A DNA stretch of 64,000 bases, taken from Diadema antillarum. Taxonomy: Eukaryota. Below the pieces are notes generated by a model that did not search any database, was not told the DNA's origin, and saw only the letters and a list, made by a program, of their open reading frames with translations. The stretch lies in NCBI RefSeq assembly GCF_040938485.1, contig NW_027270977.1:248001-312000 (forward strand). Direction: 5' to 3'. Numbering within the stretch: the stretch's first letter is position 1; the number at the start of each line of letters is the position of its first letter. The translations under genes and the position numbers were made by a program. Positions 51,117-63,407 of this stretch are shown here, one piece after another.

Positions 51117-53359
51117 AAGAATGCACAGTTAGGTTCCGTCCAACGGCGCGTATCATCGCACAATATGCCTACAAGTACAAAATGAGAACATTTTGAACAT
51201 GCTGGCGGCACATCTGTTGGAGGGGTACATTTCATGCAACAAGAATATGCTGTTATTCTAATTGATTTCACGTCAAAAACACACATTTTATTGGAAGGGT
51301 CGTTTACAGGTTCTTTAGAGACTATAGTGCTTTGTGACGTACATGACATTACCCCCGTTGCCGATTTTAAATTGAGGTTGTGACTGAAATCATTGTATTG
51401 TAAAACATGTAAAAATCCACAGTTCCCTAACTCTCTTATAATCTGGAACCGACCTGAAATAAAAAGAAAACATGGGATTGTAACGGTCTGTTTTCGTCTT
51501 ATTCTAGTTTAGTATAAAAGCCTTCAGCTTCAAACTGGTGCAGGAAAAACACGTGAAGGGCTGTCTTTTACGGTGATACTAGAGCGACCTTTCTGATTGT
51601 CTTATTATACTATTATGAACTGGCTTTGGTGAATGCCCTTTCACGTACTCTTTCTTGACAGTGTATTTGTTGTGTACTGTCGCTAGGTGTTTCTGCCTCA
51701 CCAAATTCTGATAATTCTTGTTTACCGTTTTTCCCTTCTCCATTTGTAATCGTCCCTTCGTCTTTTTATCGAATCTGCTACCCACCCTTTTGCTAGCTTT
51801 TTGTCGCTTTTATATAGGCCTAATGTTTATCTGTATTCTCTTTTTTTTTCTAGAGCTCTCTGATCTCTCTCCTCTCTGTGCGCATCTTTCGGTCTTTCCT
51901 TACCCCTTTCTATACCAGGGACTTTGGGCAGAAAGGGCCATGTTAATGGGCTTTCCTATGCCAATCGGCACTCAACGCACTCAAAGGGTTACATGCATCT
52001 ACGACTATCCGGTAGTCTTTGATTACCATCATCTCTCAGTTCTTTAGCTAAAGGAGAGAAAAAAAAAAACGATCAGCATGTCAGCCTTTGGGAGGAGTTG
52101 GAGATGGAAACTGGTTGTACCAAGGAGGTACGAGAGGTACTGTACTAGGCCTATACAGACAGGTGCTGTTTTGAAATGTGTATCGTTTTATGTGGGACAC
52201 CCAGCAGGTTTTTGTTTTCTTATATTCGTTCTTTAACATTGAGAAATGCCCTACCTATATTCGATGAACAGCAGCAGCAAATCATCGAATGGCATCAAAT
52301 TGCTGGAAGTAGATCGATGACGTGTAACTCAGTATACCATGCCAATGACTATACCTTTTGGTTAGTACCCGAATAACAAACCCCTCGCTTAACCATAGTA
52401 ATAATGATGAATAATAGAGATACTCTTATAAAGCGCTTATGAATATGTTGATATACAATAATTAGCTTTGTCATCGCGTATACTGCGTACGCACACTGAA
52501 AAATCACTGTAGTAGAATAAACTCGCATTCCACAGTAGCACAAAGTATGTAAATTCAAGTGTTCAAATACAAGAATAGTATGATATGTTGAATTTCATCT
52601 TTTAAAAAAAAATGCATCTCTATCTTATCCCTAATAAAGTAACGCATTTGTGGTACTTTATCTTCTTTATATTAAGGACGTGTTCTGAAGATGAGTCGAG
52701 TGGTATTTGCACTGCCCCCATTTTGTACGGCCCTGTGAAATTGTCAAATATTTAGATCCAGGGTCTCAGCTATATATGCCACCCTAACTGCTATTATCAT
52801 TCATTCACTTGGCTGGGCCCCAGGATTGTAGGTCTACTGTTCAATGCCCCCTATATTATCAAAGAGAGACACAATATTCTTTGAAAGTTTGTCAGTAATG
52901 CGTAACTTGAGTGGACCACCCGTGAATTAATGTCATAAAGAGTCAACCGTTCGTCGGGATGTATTGACATGTCCCAAACGCTTGCTTGCCTCACTATATA
53001 CAGTGCTTTCATGGGCTGCACTCTAATTATTCGCATGATCAAATCCTCTAAAGTTATTGTTCGTTTAATGAAATATTCGCACTCTCGATCTAGTCCTCAT
53101 TCTTTATTTTATTTTATAAAAACCAAAGACAATCGAATGTCAGCCTATGTCAAGATAATAGAGATCCGGGAAAGTGATATACGGGTAACTGGTTAACTAA
53201 GATCTGACCGTAGCTATAGAGCCAGTCTCTCTTTGTCTTCCCTTAAATTTAGAGCAAGTAGTTTTCTCTTCTACCTAAAGAGATTTTTCTCATTCATTAT
53301 AATCAGATCTTTGCTTCTACCCAAAGTCTTCTTGTTACAAAAAGCGAGATTATAATTAT

Positions 53360-53363
53360 CTCC

Positions 53364-53394
<31 letters not shown>

Positions 53395-53436
53395 AACTTA
53401 TATATATAATTATATGATATAGGATAGAATCACAAA

Positions 53437-53471
<35 letters not shown>

Positions 53472-53500
53472 ATATATACATATGATAAATATAAATTCAC
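53360..53500. repeat. (AT)n microsatellite / low complexity
   Basis: Two AT dinucleotide runs with AT-rich spacer. Confidence 0.9.
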
Positions 53501-54027
53501 AATTCTTGTGTTTGTGATATATTATGCACGGTATTCGAAATAACATCTTGTTTTGAAAGTATTGTTTGTTCTAAATGAGTTCTAAATGAGTTTTATTATG
53601 TGATATTACTGAAAAAATATTGATTTATGTATGAAATTGTGTTGGAGGAAAAATGAATGAAACAAATCAAACAAATAAAAAAAATCACGAATGTGCGAAA
53701 ATAATACCTTGTTTCCCATGACTTTTTATAATTATTCGAAATTAATCGAATATTATGTCCGTAGTATAACACTTGCGAATAGAAGATTTGGATGTAGAAA
53801 TAATATATGCACCCAGCAGAGCATTCTAACACAAGAGGTGAGTTTCTTCTCAAAAGTTTTGGCCGAGAGATTACATTCCCAGGGTCTGTGCAAGAATTCG
53901 TTATCCACAGTTGTCGGCCTCGAGTTAATGGCCGAGATCTTTCCACCTTGAGCTATGGGGGCAGTCACCTTCAACTAGTTTTCTTTTTACCGTTTACGTT
54001 GTACCCTGTTACGTTAGGTAACTAATA

Positions 54028-54304
54028 TACAGTTAACAACAAAATTATTCATACCCGTGAGAAATTATTAGTTTTGAGCAGATTTCTTACAAGTGAAAGA
54101 TGGAGTGATAGTGATTGGGTGTTATATCTCAATATTTCTATTGTTATGCAAATGGGATGCAGCTGGAATGAATGTCAAGTTATAGAGGACAAATTAGAGT
54201 AAAATGTTAACACTCAATCACCATCACTCCATCCTTCACTTGTAAGAAATCTGCTCAAAACTAATAATTTCTCAGGGGTATGAATAATGTTGTTGTTAAC
54301 TGTA
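54028..54304. mobile_element. Tc1/mariner-like MITE (~275 bp)
   Basis: TA|CAGTTAACAAC...GTTGTTAACTG|TA with ~85 bp near-perfect TIRs. Confidence 0.88.
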
Positions 54305-54580
54305 TATACCATGTATACCATGTACTTCACGTCTTTATCCGTCTCACTCGAACCAGGGAGGTGCTCGAACATTGATTACTGGACAAATGATGCAAAATGA
54401 CATGTGCCTCCAAGTAACAAAGAACATTATTTTGACCTGTACAATCTCTGTAATGTTCATACAATTATCCGACACATTTCGGTGTAGAGACATAAATATA
54501 GACGCATAATGATATAATACATACAAGGAATCATGTTCTGAGGAAAATGAAGGGAGAGATGGATTAACAGAACTTAAAGT

Positions 54581-56590
54581 ATTCAATTCAATTCAATAGT
54601 TTATTTATTTCCTTCATCACAAAGAAAAGAAAAGAAAAAGTTGATATAATCCAAAGCGATACAATTTTTTTTTCATTTCTCTTACACTCGTCTGATAAAG
54701 GATTTTTTTTTCAATACAATATAGAGTATGTTATACACGAATGATGTCGTAAAAAAGAAACAATGCACTCTGTCATGGCAACAAAATAGTAAATAATCAC
54801 AATGATGGAAAACAGTGTTCCACTAAAAAGCCACGCTTGTAAGACGTGGAACACTGGAACAAAACAACAACAGCACCAATTTGTTATACCAATATATTCA
54901 TTTTAAATTCTTCTATATACTATTGTACATTTACTCATTGATATAATGATGCTGATACTATGAACAATACTTACTAGGATTTTAGAATGCAAACGTATAA
55001 ACTTTGTAACATATCACATTTGTGGCACAGACACTATGGGGCCAGGTGTGCCAGGAAAATTGAACGGAAAGGAAGATATGCAATCGGCCACAAAAAACAT
55101 AACGACGACAACAACAACAATAACACAATACACAGAAATAACAGAATTTGAGGAAATGCACTCAGACAGATACTGGACAACGAAGAACGAGGAAAGAGGA
55201 ACAGGAAAGAACAGAGAAGGAAAAGGAGAGGGAAAAGGAGAGGGATGGAAAAGTTCTGTGGACACACTACAGAATCTTAGGGAAAAGTGAAACATGACGG
55301 GCTTTTTCATTGAACAGAATTAACTGGTATATTTAGAAAACAAATATTTGTTGAGTTTATATTTAAATGTAATTAACTTCACAGATTCTTTTAGATCATT
55401 ATCTAAGCTATTCCAAAATCTGGGTCCAGTATAAACAAATGTATTTTGAGTGTGTACAGTTCTCACTAAGGGAAGATGGAATTCTTTAGATTGTCTCGTG
55501 GGATAATTATGTACGTGGCTGTTACGGTGAAATAAAGAATAAAATATTTTGGGTAGATGGTTGCAGTTGTAATTAAACATAAATTGACCAAGTTGAAACA
55601 AATACAACTCTTTTATTTTCAGAATTTTGTGCTCAAGGAAAAGCTTGTCGGTATGTGCTCGGATATGAAGGTTAAAAACGATTCTGAGCGCCATCTTTTG
55701 CAGAAGAAAAAGTTTATCTAACAATGTCGAATATGTATTCCCGCAAGCAAGAATTCCGTAATTCAAGTGCGGCAATACCAAACTTGAATAAAGCGTAATC
55801 AAAGCCGAAGAAGGAAGATAATATTTCAATCTATTCATTATGCCTATGTTACGTGCAATTACATTACAAATATTGTTTATGTGACACTTCCATGATAACT
55901 TATTATCAACACAAACACCTAAGAATTTAATAGACGAAACCTCTTCTAGGGGAGAAGTGTCAAATATAACATTACCTGGTAATATCTAAAGAATTACTGA
56001 AAAACATATACTTTGTCTTCTCAATATTCAGTGAAAATTTATTTGCATATATCCATTGTGAGACATTCTTCAATTCATAATTCACTGTACTAATTAAAGT
56101 ATTAGGGTCAGGGTGGGAATAAAAAAGATTGGAATCATCCGCGAATAGTATGAAAGAGAGTTTATCTGAAGATCTATAAAAATCATTAATGTAAACTATA
56201 AATAACAGTGGGCCTAACAAACTTCCTTGCGGAACACCACATTCTATTTTCTTCATAGAAGAATCAAAACTGTTCACATGCACATATTGAAATCTGTCAG
56301 ATAGATAACTCGTAAACCATTGCAAGGCTTTTCCGCGAATACCATAATGGGATAACTTAGAGAGAAGTATACCGTGATTAATCGTATCAAAAGCCTTTGA
56401 AAAGTCCAGGAAGATGCCTATTGTATGCGAAAATGTATCAAGTGCATGTGTAATCTTTTCCACAAAGGTAAGTAAAGCGTGGGTGGTGTTGTGATTTTCT
56501 CTGAATCCAAATTGAAAATTCGTAAATATATCACTCATATTGAAAAATTTTACAGTTCGGATATATACTATTCTTTCCAAAATTTTAGAA
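54581..56590 (-). mobile_element. 5'-truncated non-LTR retrotransposon (CR1/L2-group LINE): RT C-terminal part of ORF2 plus 3' UTR and (TTGAA)n tail
   Basis: RT motifs QFGFR, FLDFSKAFDTINH, GVPQGSLLGPLLF, FADD, KFLGV. One +1 frameshift near 55983 joins ORFs 55972-56580 and 55320-55838. AATAAA and a pentanucleotide tail end at 54581. Confidence 0.95.
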
Positions 56591-57488
56591 TTTTGTATGT
56601 ATGTATTTTGTTTTAGAATTTTGTATGTATGATATGGATGACATGAAAATAACTAACAGTTACTATATACCTCAACATCGGCAGTGAAAACTGTAAAGGA
56701 ATATTATCGAAGCGTGTCTTATTCACCTACACTTTGCAAATAACTTCTTTCTACTTTCAAAATTGACCAGTTGCCTTCAAAATTGAATGCAGCCATTAGC
56801 TGCATTCATTGATATTGTGATATTTCCATTCGCCTCAGGCACTCTCATACGTCTCCGTAGACCTTCGAGTATTGAGATTTCATCGTTTTATTTGATTGTA
56901 TGTCAATGTTACGTGTTTTCGCCTCTCCCCACCAATTTTCTTTTCTTTTTTCCCCCGCACGCGCTTTGACAAATTTCTTCACTGGAATTGCTTACCAGAT
57001 GTGAAAAAAAAATCAAAAAAAGTTTTTTTAAAAAAAAAAAAGTTGCTTTATAGAATGGGCTTTCAACAGGACGATGACTACATTCACTTTCGAACATTCT
57101 CGTGCATATCACTCTATTCTTCTACTATCTCTCTCTCTCTCTCTCTCTCTCTCCCTCCCCCTCTCTTTCTTTTCCCTCATTTCCCTTTCTTAGGTCTTTC
57201 AACATCGACCTAACGTCAAAAGAAATATGTATATCATACTTAAATGTTACCTACTCTTTTACGATGTAGGCCTATATACTTGACTGTATTTTATTCCTTC
57301 GCTGAATGCAGTCTCTTATTTTTTTTTCTTGGAGCTAAATGGCTCAGTGTCTATTTACCAATGGCACTAGAATTTTTCTCCACCTTTTCTTGTATACTTC
57401 CTAATTCTACATTTCTATCTATTTTAAAACCATTTTCATGACTTCATCTTCATGTTCTTCCGTTGCATGCGGCTTTTGGCTGGTGAGT

Positions 57489-57850
57489 CCCAGTTTTCAC
57501 TCCAGTGCCGTAATTCAACAGGTAGCCCTACCCCCCCCCCCCACCTAATAATCCTTTCACTCAACCCATCAATATCATGGGTCTTTTAACAAGGGAAAGA
57601 TTATAGGCACTCTACTTTATTGATTGAACATATTGAACCATAAATTCTACCTCCCTGTGAATAACAGTATTCCCAGTTTTCACGCCAGTGCTGTAATTCA
57701 ACAGGTAGAGCCCTACCCCCCTCCCATATAATAATCCTTTCACTCTACCAATCAATATCACGGGTCTTTTAACAGGGGAAAGATTATAGGCACTCTACTG
57801 TATTGATTGTACATATTGAACTATAAATTTTACCTCCCTGTGAATAACAG
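57489..57850. repeat. Tandem duplication, ~183 bp period
   Basis: Copies start at 57489 and 57672 (CCCAGTTTTCAC.CCAGTG...CCTCCCTGTGAATAACAG). Confidence 0.88.
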
Positions 57851-60789
57851 AATAACTTAGAATGACATATTTTGATTCATGATATGCTTTGAAAAAGAAA
57901 TATAGAGCATGGTATTAATAATCACATTGTGTTTGTTAAATCGGCGCGTGAGCATGCTTGTGTGGGGTGTGTGTTTGCGCATTTTCGGGGCAATGCTTTG
58001 TTATTGCTCTTGGAAAATCTGATAGTGCCAGCATGACGTGTTGAAGACTAAAATCATGCAGTGATGTGATAATCCAAACAATATTTACAACAACAAACTA
58101 AAGCTTTCCTATTCAATATTTTGCCAACATCTTACAAATGGTTATTGACAATATATGCTTTTAAAATACCTCTTTGAAAACACCTGAGGAAACAGAATGC
58201 AAATCTTTCGTGTGTTAGTATCCCAGCTCTTCGCCAAACCCCTTTTTGCAATGCATCTACCAGTCTAGTATGCCTGAAAAGAACTGAACGGGTATATTGT
58301 TGTGAAGTGATCGGTCAGTTGGTTATATTTCTATTGATTGGAGTTTTTCAACCATATTCAGCTGGCACGATAAAGGAGAACAGATCTTTCAGAGTATAAC
58401 CTTGATCCTTCGCCACGAAAGTAACGACAGGGGGAAAAGCGAAAGTGATTTTACAATCTATGTTTAGCTATTTGTACACTACGAAAGGAATTCCCTGTTC
58501 TCAGAGGGTTAAGAATTAGTCACAGGAAAGAGCCTCTCCTGCTCTCACTTCCTGGCTATCTTTCATCTTGCGATTTCTCGGCTGATAAAAGAATAAATCC
58601 TACAAAAGACGCATCAGCAAGTCGTATTCGAATGCATTCTGCTTTTCAATAACCGATGATAACTGGCCTTTCATCTGAACGATGGCATAATTCTACCAGA
58701 AGATTTTTTTTCTTGCCCTACACAAATCATTTAAGAAGGTTTTTTTCTTGCCCTTCACATTTAAGAAAAAAAAAGGAAAATAAAAACATTAAACCGTTCT
58801 AGGCTGCATCCAAGTAAATGAATAGACTTTAAACTTAGTTGTTGTAGTTTTTCTAATGGAAGTTGTGTCTATTTTCCAAGGCGGGCTCAGGAATGGTATT
58901 TCCTGTCCTCCCATAAGGGCAGTCGACGAGTGAAGCTAACTAACGTATCGACAACAACACAAAAAGAATTGAAAAAAAAATCGAGAAGGACAATCGGTAG
59001 GCATAAATTGAGACTTTTAACTAGAAGTGCGCGAAGAAAAGAAATCACTTAGTGAAGGTTTCTATGGGTGGTGAGTTAGGAAAATGTAGGCTACCTGAAA
59101 AACAGAATGATGCGTTAATTGTTGAAATTTCGTCTTTTCTATGTGAAGGCCCACTGACCAATAATAGATTTCCATAGAAATAACAACTTTTTGATATAAT
59201 GAATTAAAAAAAGAAGAAGATGGTTAACAATCGAGAATCGAATTCATTTTTATAAAAAAATCAGTCTGTTATCAATAACGAGAGCGGCAACAGTAGCAAC
59301 AACAACATACACAGTGTTAGGGACACATTTCTTACTTCTTATTTATTAGTTAGTTTGTTTGTTGTTGTTTTTTGTCACAGATATTTTGGTTTTTAAGGCA
59401 TCTGGTGGCCGTGTATGCTTCCATATTGGGTGGTGATTGCTAGTTCTGTATAATGAAGAGATTAACAACGAGTTAGCTCCATTCTTGTTAAGTTGCATGA
59501 GTTGAGGCATTTGCGATTAAGCTGCTAAGAAATAGCATAAAAATGATTAGAAAACATTAGTATTTTTTATCATGAATTTAAGAATATTCACTGTTATGTT
59601 ACAAATCAGGAATCACTTGTTGGCAATAACCTTTACTTGCACGTAAGTAATAATTCAATTATGAAAAACAGAAAAAATAAACTTTGTAAAACGAAATGAA
59701 TGCAAGAGATTCCAAACAAAAAAGATATGAAACTTATAAAACTTACAGAGTTAAGTAGTGTTTCAAGTAGTGTCATAATAACCAAGCAGTGCTGTTTTTG
59801 AGACATGATTATAAAGGGCTGTAGTTGCTAGATTTTCGAGCAAATGCTTGGTTTTTATTTCTTTTGTTTTAACAAAAGATTAAGAGGGGGCTCGCGCCCG
59901 GTGCTCCCCCTCTGGATCCGCCACTGTTACTACGATATTTTGTACTAAAAAAAAGAAACATTGCTGCAGGCGGAAAAATCGAGTGTACCGAAACTTTGGC
60001 AGTATGAAATAAGTAAAGAAATCTTTCATTAAGGGGAAAGTAGTGTGAAATGTTCTCAGTCAGAAAAAAAGAAGAAGAAAAAAGAAGCAACGAAGAAGAA
60101 GAAGAAGAAGAAGAAGAAAGCCAGGTGTGTGGTCACGATTTGTGCTTGTGAACATGCTTGAGGTTGGGGTCCATGAATGCGTTAACCTATTCATGAGGAA
60201 ATTGTACGTCTGAATTTCAGTAGAAAGTTTACAGAATCAAAAGATAAACGTAACGTATGATCATTTCACGATTAACATCTGGTAAGAGCAGCAACGTGAT
60301 GGCCACACAATCCGAGGATCTGAGGGGAAAAGGCGCGAAAAAACAACAACCAAAAGCTACTCAAGTACGCTATGAGCCAAGACATATTCCACGCGTAGAA
60401 TGTATCCCATGTACGTACTGCGCATGCCGATCTAATCGCAGGCATGGTGTTACGTGCTAATTAAAGATGTGTATAACAGTTGAACGTGATTGGTGAGAAC
60501 ATTTTTCATGGGATCGTACATAGAAACCAACTGAAAACGTCGCGACAATTTCATTCATGGTGCATCTTCATCCGAGGTTCTTTTCATAACATAACATCGG
60601 AATACGGGAGCTGCACTCATTCTCAACATCCTGGTTCCTACCGAAGGGATTAAGGTAAGAATCGGTCCATCTTTGATCATCATACTTCAGTAAAACTTGA
60701 ATTTCGCTTAAACTGTGATAATACTCATGGCGGCTTGCAGCAAATTCAACCACTCAACCACTGGCTTGGATTTGTCATGATATGTCAAA

Positions 60790-61065
60790 TTATGACATGA
60801 TTATTATATATATCATATGTAATTGTATATTATATAGTACGCATGCCATAATGTATAATATATAATATACAAAATATAATATATATTATATCATATATAA
60901 TGTATTTTATGTAATATGTGATATGTAATGTATAATACATAATATATAAAATATAATGTATATTATATAAAATATCATATATTATATGTAATATGTAATG
61001 TATAATATATAATATATAATACATAATATATGATATAGCATATCATATATTTTGTAATATATGAT
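60790..61065. repeat. AT-rich low-complexity (ATATA/ATGTA)n tract
   Basis: Direct inspection. Confidence 0.85.
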
Positions 61066-62130
61066 ATGGATATAATATGTGTATGTATGGTGATATGCCG
61101 AGAAGGAACAAGTAAGATTGCTTACAGTCATTATGTGGACTGTCATCAGCTCCTTCAGGGTAAGGTATTGACTATATGCTTTGATATGAAATGCAACTTT
61201 TCTTTCTCACTGTATGTAGCTGTTGGTACGTATGGCGACATAGCCAGTGTCTTTTTTTTCTCGCCCCATCATGCATGCACCCTCTTCGTAGTACCTGTGT
61301 TATAACCACACTGCTACCCATCCCACCACTGATGCTACAAGATTGCTTTTTTTTCTTTCTCCTCCATGTTTTCCTGTCTTCATCACACCTTACAAACTTG
61401 CCTTACAACCAATGCTATGATGACACTTCTAATTCTATATTCTTCTTTTTATTTCCTTCTTCTTCATAATTTCTCGTCAGCCCATACAAAATCTAATGAC
61501 ATTGTTTGAGAAAAATTGTGATACAGACAGCAAAGCCAGTCAGGTAACGACATCATTTATTCTTGCCTCTGGGACTACAAAGTGTACAAGCTAATCTTTG
61601 TTCTCATGCTTTAAATAGAAACCAACAAGCTGTTCACATTTTCTCAAGTCATTTTGGATTACAAAGTAAAGCTATATTAGAATGGCCATTAGTTTGAGGA
61701 AAAGAAAAATCCCAAACGAAACAAAACCAACACAAACAACCAACATAAAAACGATGTTCTTTGCCTTCGGCTTAAAATCCTCCCCAAACAGTGCTTTTGT
61801 TTAAAAAAAGACATGTTTGTCCTTTATATCTCCCTCGCTCTTTGTCTAATGCAGTCCACAATACTTAACATGCAACAGACATGACAGAAAAAAAGAAAGA
61901 AAGGAGGCCAAACTAAAGTTCATACCGCAAGTCACGAAAGTGTTATTCATTCGCCAAACATTGGAATAAAATCAATTCAAAATTTGAGAGTTAATTTCCT
62001 CATGATGCAAAAAGGCTTCTTTACGCAACAGTTGTTGATTTTTAAGGTATTTCGCATGGAACATGCGACTCAGTTATCTTCCAACCCCTTTTGTCACATT
62101 TCCCCTCAACTTTTATTACTTTGCAGAGAC

Positions 62131-63213
62131 ATGGCAGAAGCGAGCGACAAATATCGTGAAATGGGCACAGGAGCTACAGTTACTGAAATCATATTCAGCG
62201 GGGCTCTGCTGTCTATAACCCCTCCATCTCAATCGCAGGAGTTACCAAGGAGTGACTGGGTGTGGCAGCCTATAGAGTGGGGATGGTCTGACATCACACA
62301 GTCTGTCCTCTCGTTGTGTGGCATTGTGGGTAACATGCTGGTCATCATGGTTCTCTTTCAGAGGAGGGCTGCGAGAATTTCGACCGACACACTAATCGGT
62401 GCCCTCGCAGTTGCGGACTTTCTCACGTCTCTGCTCATCTTTCCGCAGCCAAAGCCTGTCCGAGTTCCCCTGACCTTTCTGGGTCATGCCGCCTGCAAGA
62501 TCATAAGGTCTGCCGTCTTCATGTGGATATCCATAAACGCCTCGGTTTTCACCCTGACGGCCATATCGGTAGAACGCTACATCGCCATCGTACACCCTCT
62601 CCACTTCAAACGCTGGATGACTCCCCGACGTACCGTGGTCTTGATCCTTATGATCTGGTTACTGTCCCTTGGACTGAAGTGTCGCAGTTTTGCTGTGACC
62701 GTCGTCGAAGCAACATCAGGAAGATGCATCGTGACCTACCCTTCTCCAGAATCACGCACCTACTTTGCCTTTCAGGAGCTCGTCACAATGTTCCTTATTC
62801 CCATAGCCACCATGCTCGTTACCCAATGCCTTATTGCAAGGTCGCTTCGTCGAGACGTCCGCCGCTTTGACGCGGATCTTCAGAGCTCCGGTCCATCAGC
62901 AAATCTTCTCCTGGCTCGGAAAAAAGTGATCACCCTGGTCCTCATTGTCGTGCTCATTTTCGTCATCTGCTGGACACCGGACGGCGTAGCCTACATGGCT
63001 CTTGGCCTTCAACTCCTTAGACCTGACTTTCTCTTCAGCACCCCTTACAACCTCCTCGTGAACATAGCCTTCTTCAACTCTTGCGTTAATCCCATGGTAT
63101 ACCTTATTCGCTACCCTCAGTTCAGAGTTGCCTTAAAGGAACTGTTCAGCCGACGTTCCACAGAGAGGGTCAAAGCACCAGTATTCGGGCAAGACGAGCG
63201 TCAGTTTCAGTGA
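62131..63213 (+). CDS. Class A (rhodopsin-like) 7TM GPCR, galanin/allatostatin-A-receptor-like orphan, single coding exon, ~360 aa
   Basis: TM1 GN, TM2 LAVAD, TM3 Cys and ERY, TM4 W, TM5 P, TM6 CWTP, TM7 NSCVNPMVY. The ATG lies 4 nt after a TTATTACTTTGCAG acceptor (62126). Ligand and orthology cannot be determined here. Confidence 0.93.
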   Translation: MAEASDKYREMGTGATVTEIIFSGALLSITPPSQSQELPRSDWVWQPIEWGWSDITQSVLSLCGIVGNMLVIMVLFQRRAARISTDTLIGALAVADFLTSLLIFPQPKPVRVPLTFLGHAACKIIRSAVFMWISINASVFTLTAISVERYIAIVHPLHFKRWMTPRRTVVLILMIWLLSLGLKCRSFAVTVVEATSGRCIVTYPSPESRTYFAFQELVTMFLIPIATMLVTQCLIARSLRRDVRRFDADLQSSGPSANLLLARKKVITLVLIVVLIFVICWTPDGVAYMALGLQLLRPDFLFSTPYNLLVNIAFFNSCVNPMVYLIRYPQFRVALKELFSRRSTERVKAPVFGQDERQFQ

Positions 63214-63357
63214 ACCACGTATAGCTTACCCACGAGGAGCTGCATTCTCGTTCCTTGTAGGGAATGTTTCACCATGTAAACTTTGAAATTGACAGCATCT
63301 ATGTTCTGAAATTATTAAACAGTGATATTTGAAAGACACGTCATTTATTCACAGGCT

Positions 63358-63407
63358 TTAAAGGGATGGGGTATGCAGTTTCAGTTGAGATGATAGGGTG
63401 TCAGGTT
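63358..63407. mobile_element. Left end of a Kolobok-like MITE interrupted by the LINE
   Basis: TTAA|AGGGATGGGGTATGCAGTTTCAGTTGAGATG matches the 47574 terminus and abuts the LINE tail. Confidence 0.6.

Noticed and set aside
34233-54362. Four occurrences of CCAGGGAGGTG (~34234, ~37765, ~43528, ~54353)
   Set aside because: Unrelated contexts, no flanking similarity, and too short to support a function without statistics
55034-55310. Overlapping ORFs of 77-98 aa on both strands
   Set aside because: They lie in the low-complexity 3' UTR of the LINE
61984-62130. 49 aa N-terminal extension of the GPCR ORF
   Set aside because: It starts at TTG, is AT-rich and contains a pyrimidine tract plus CAG acceptor at 62126, so it is more likely intron; in-frame ATGs at 62002 and 62056 cannot be fully excluded
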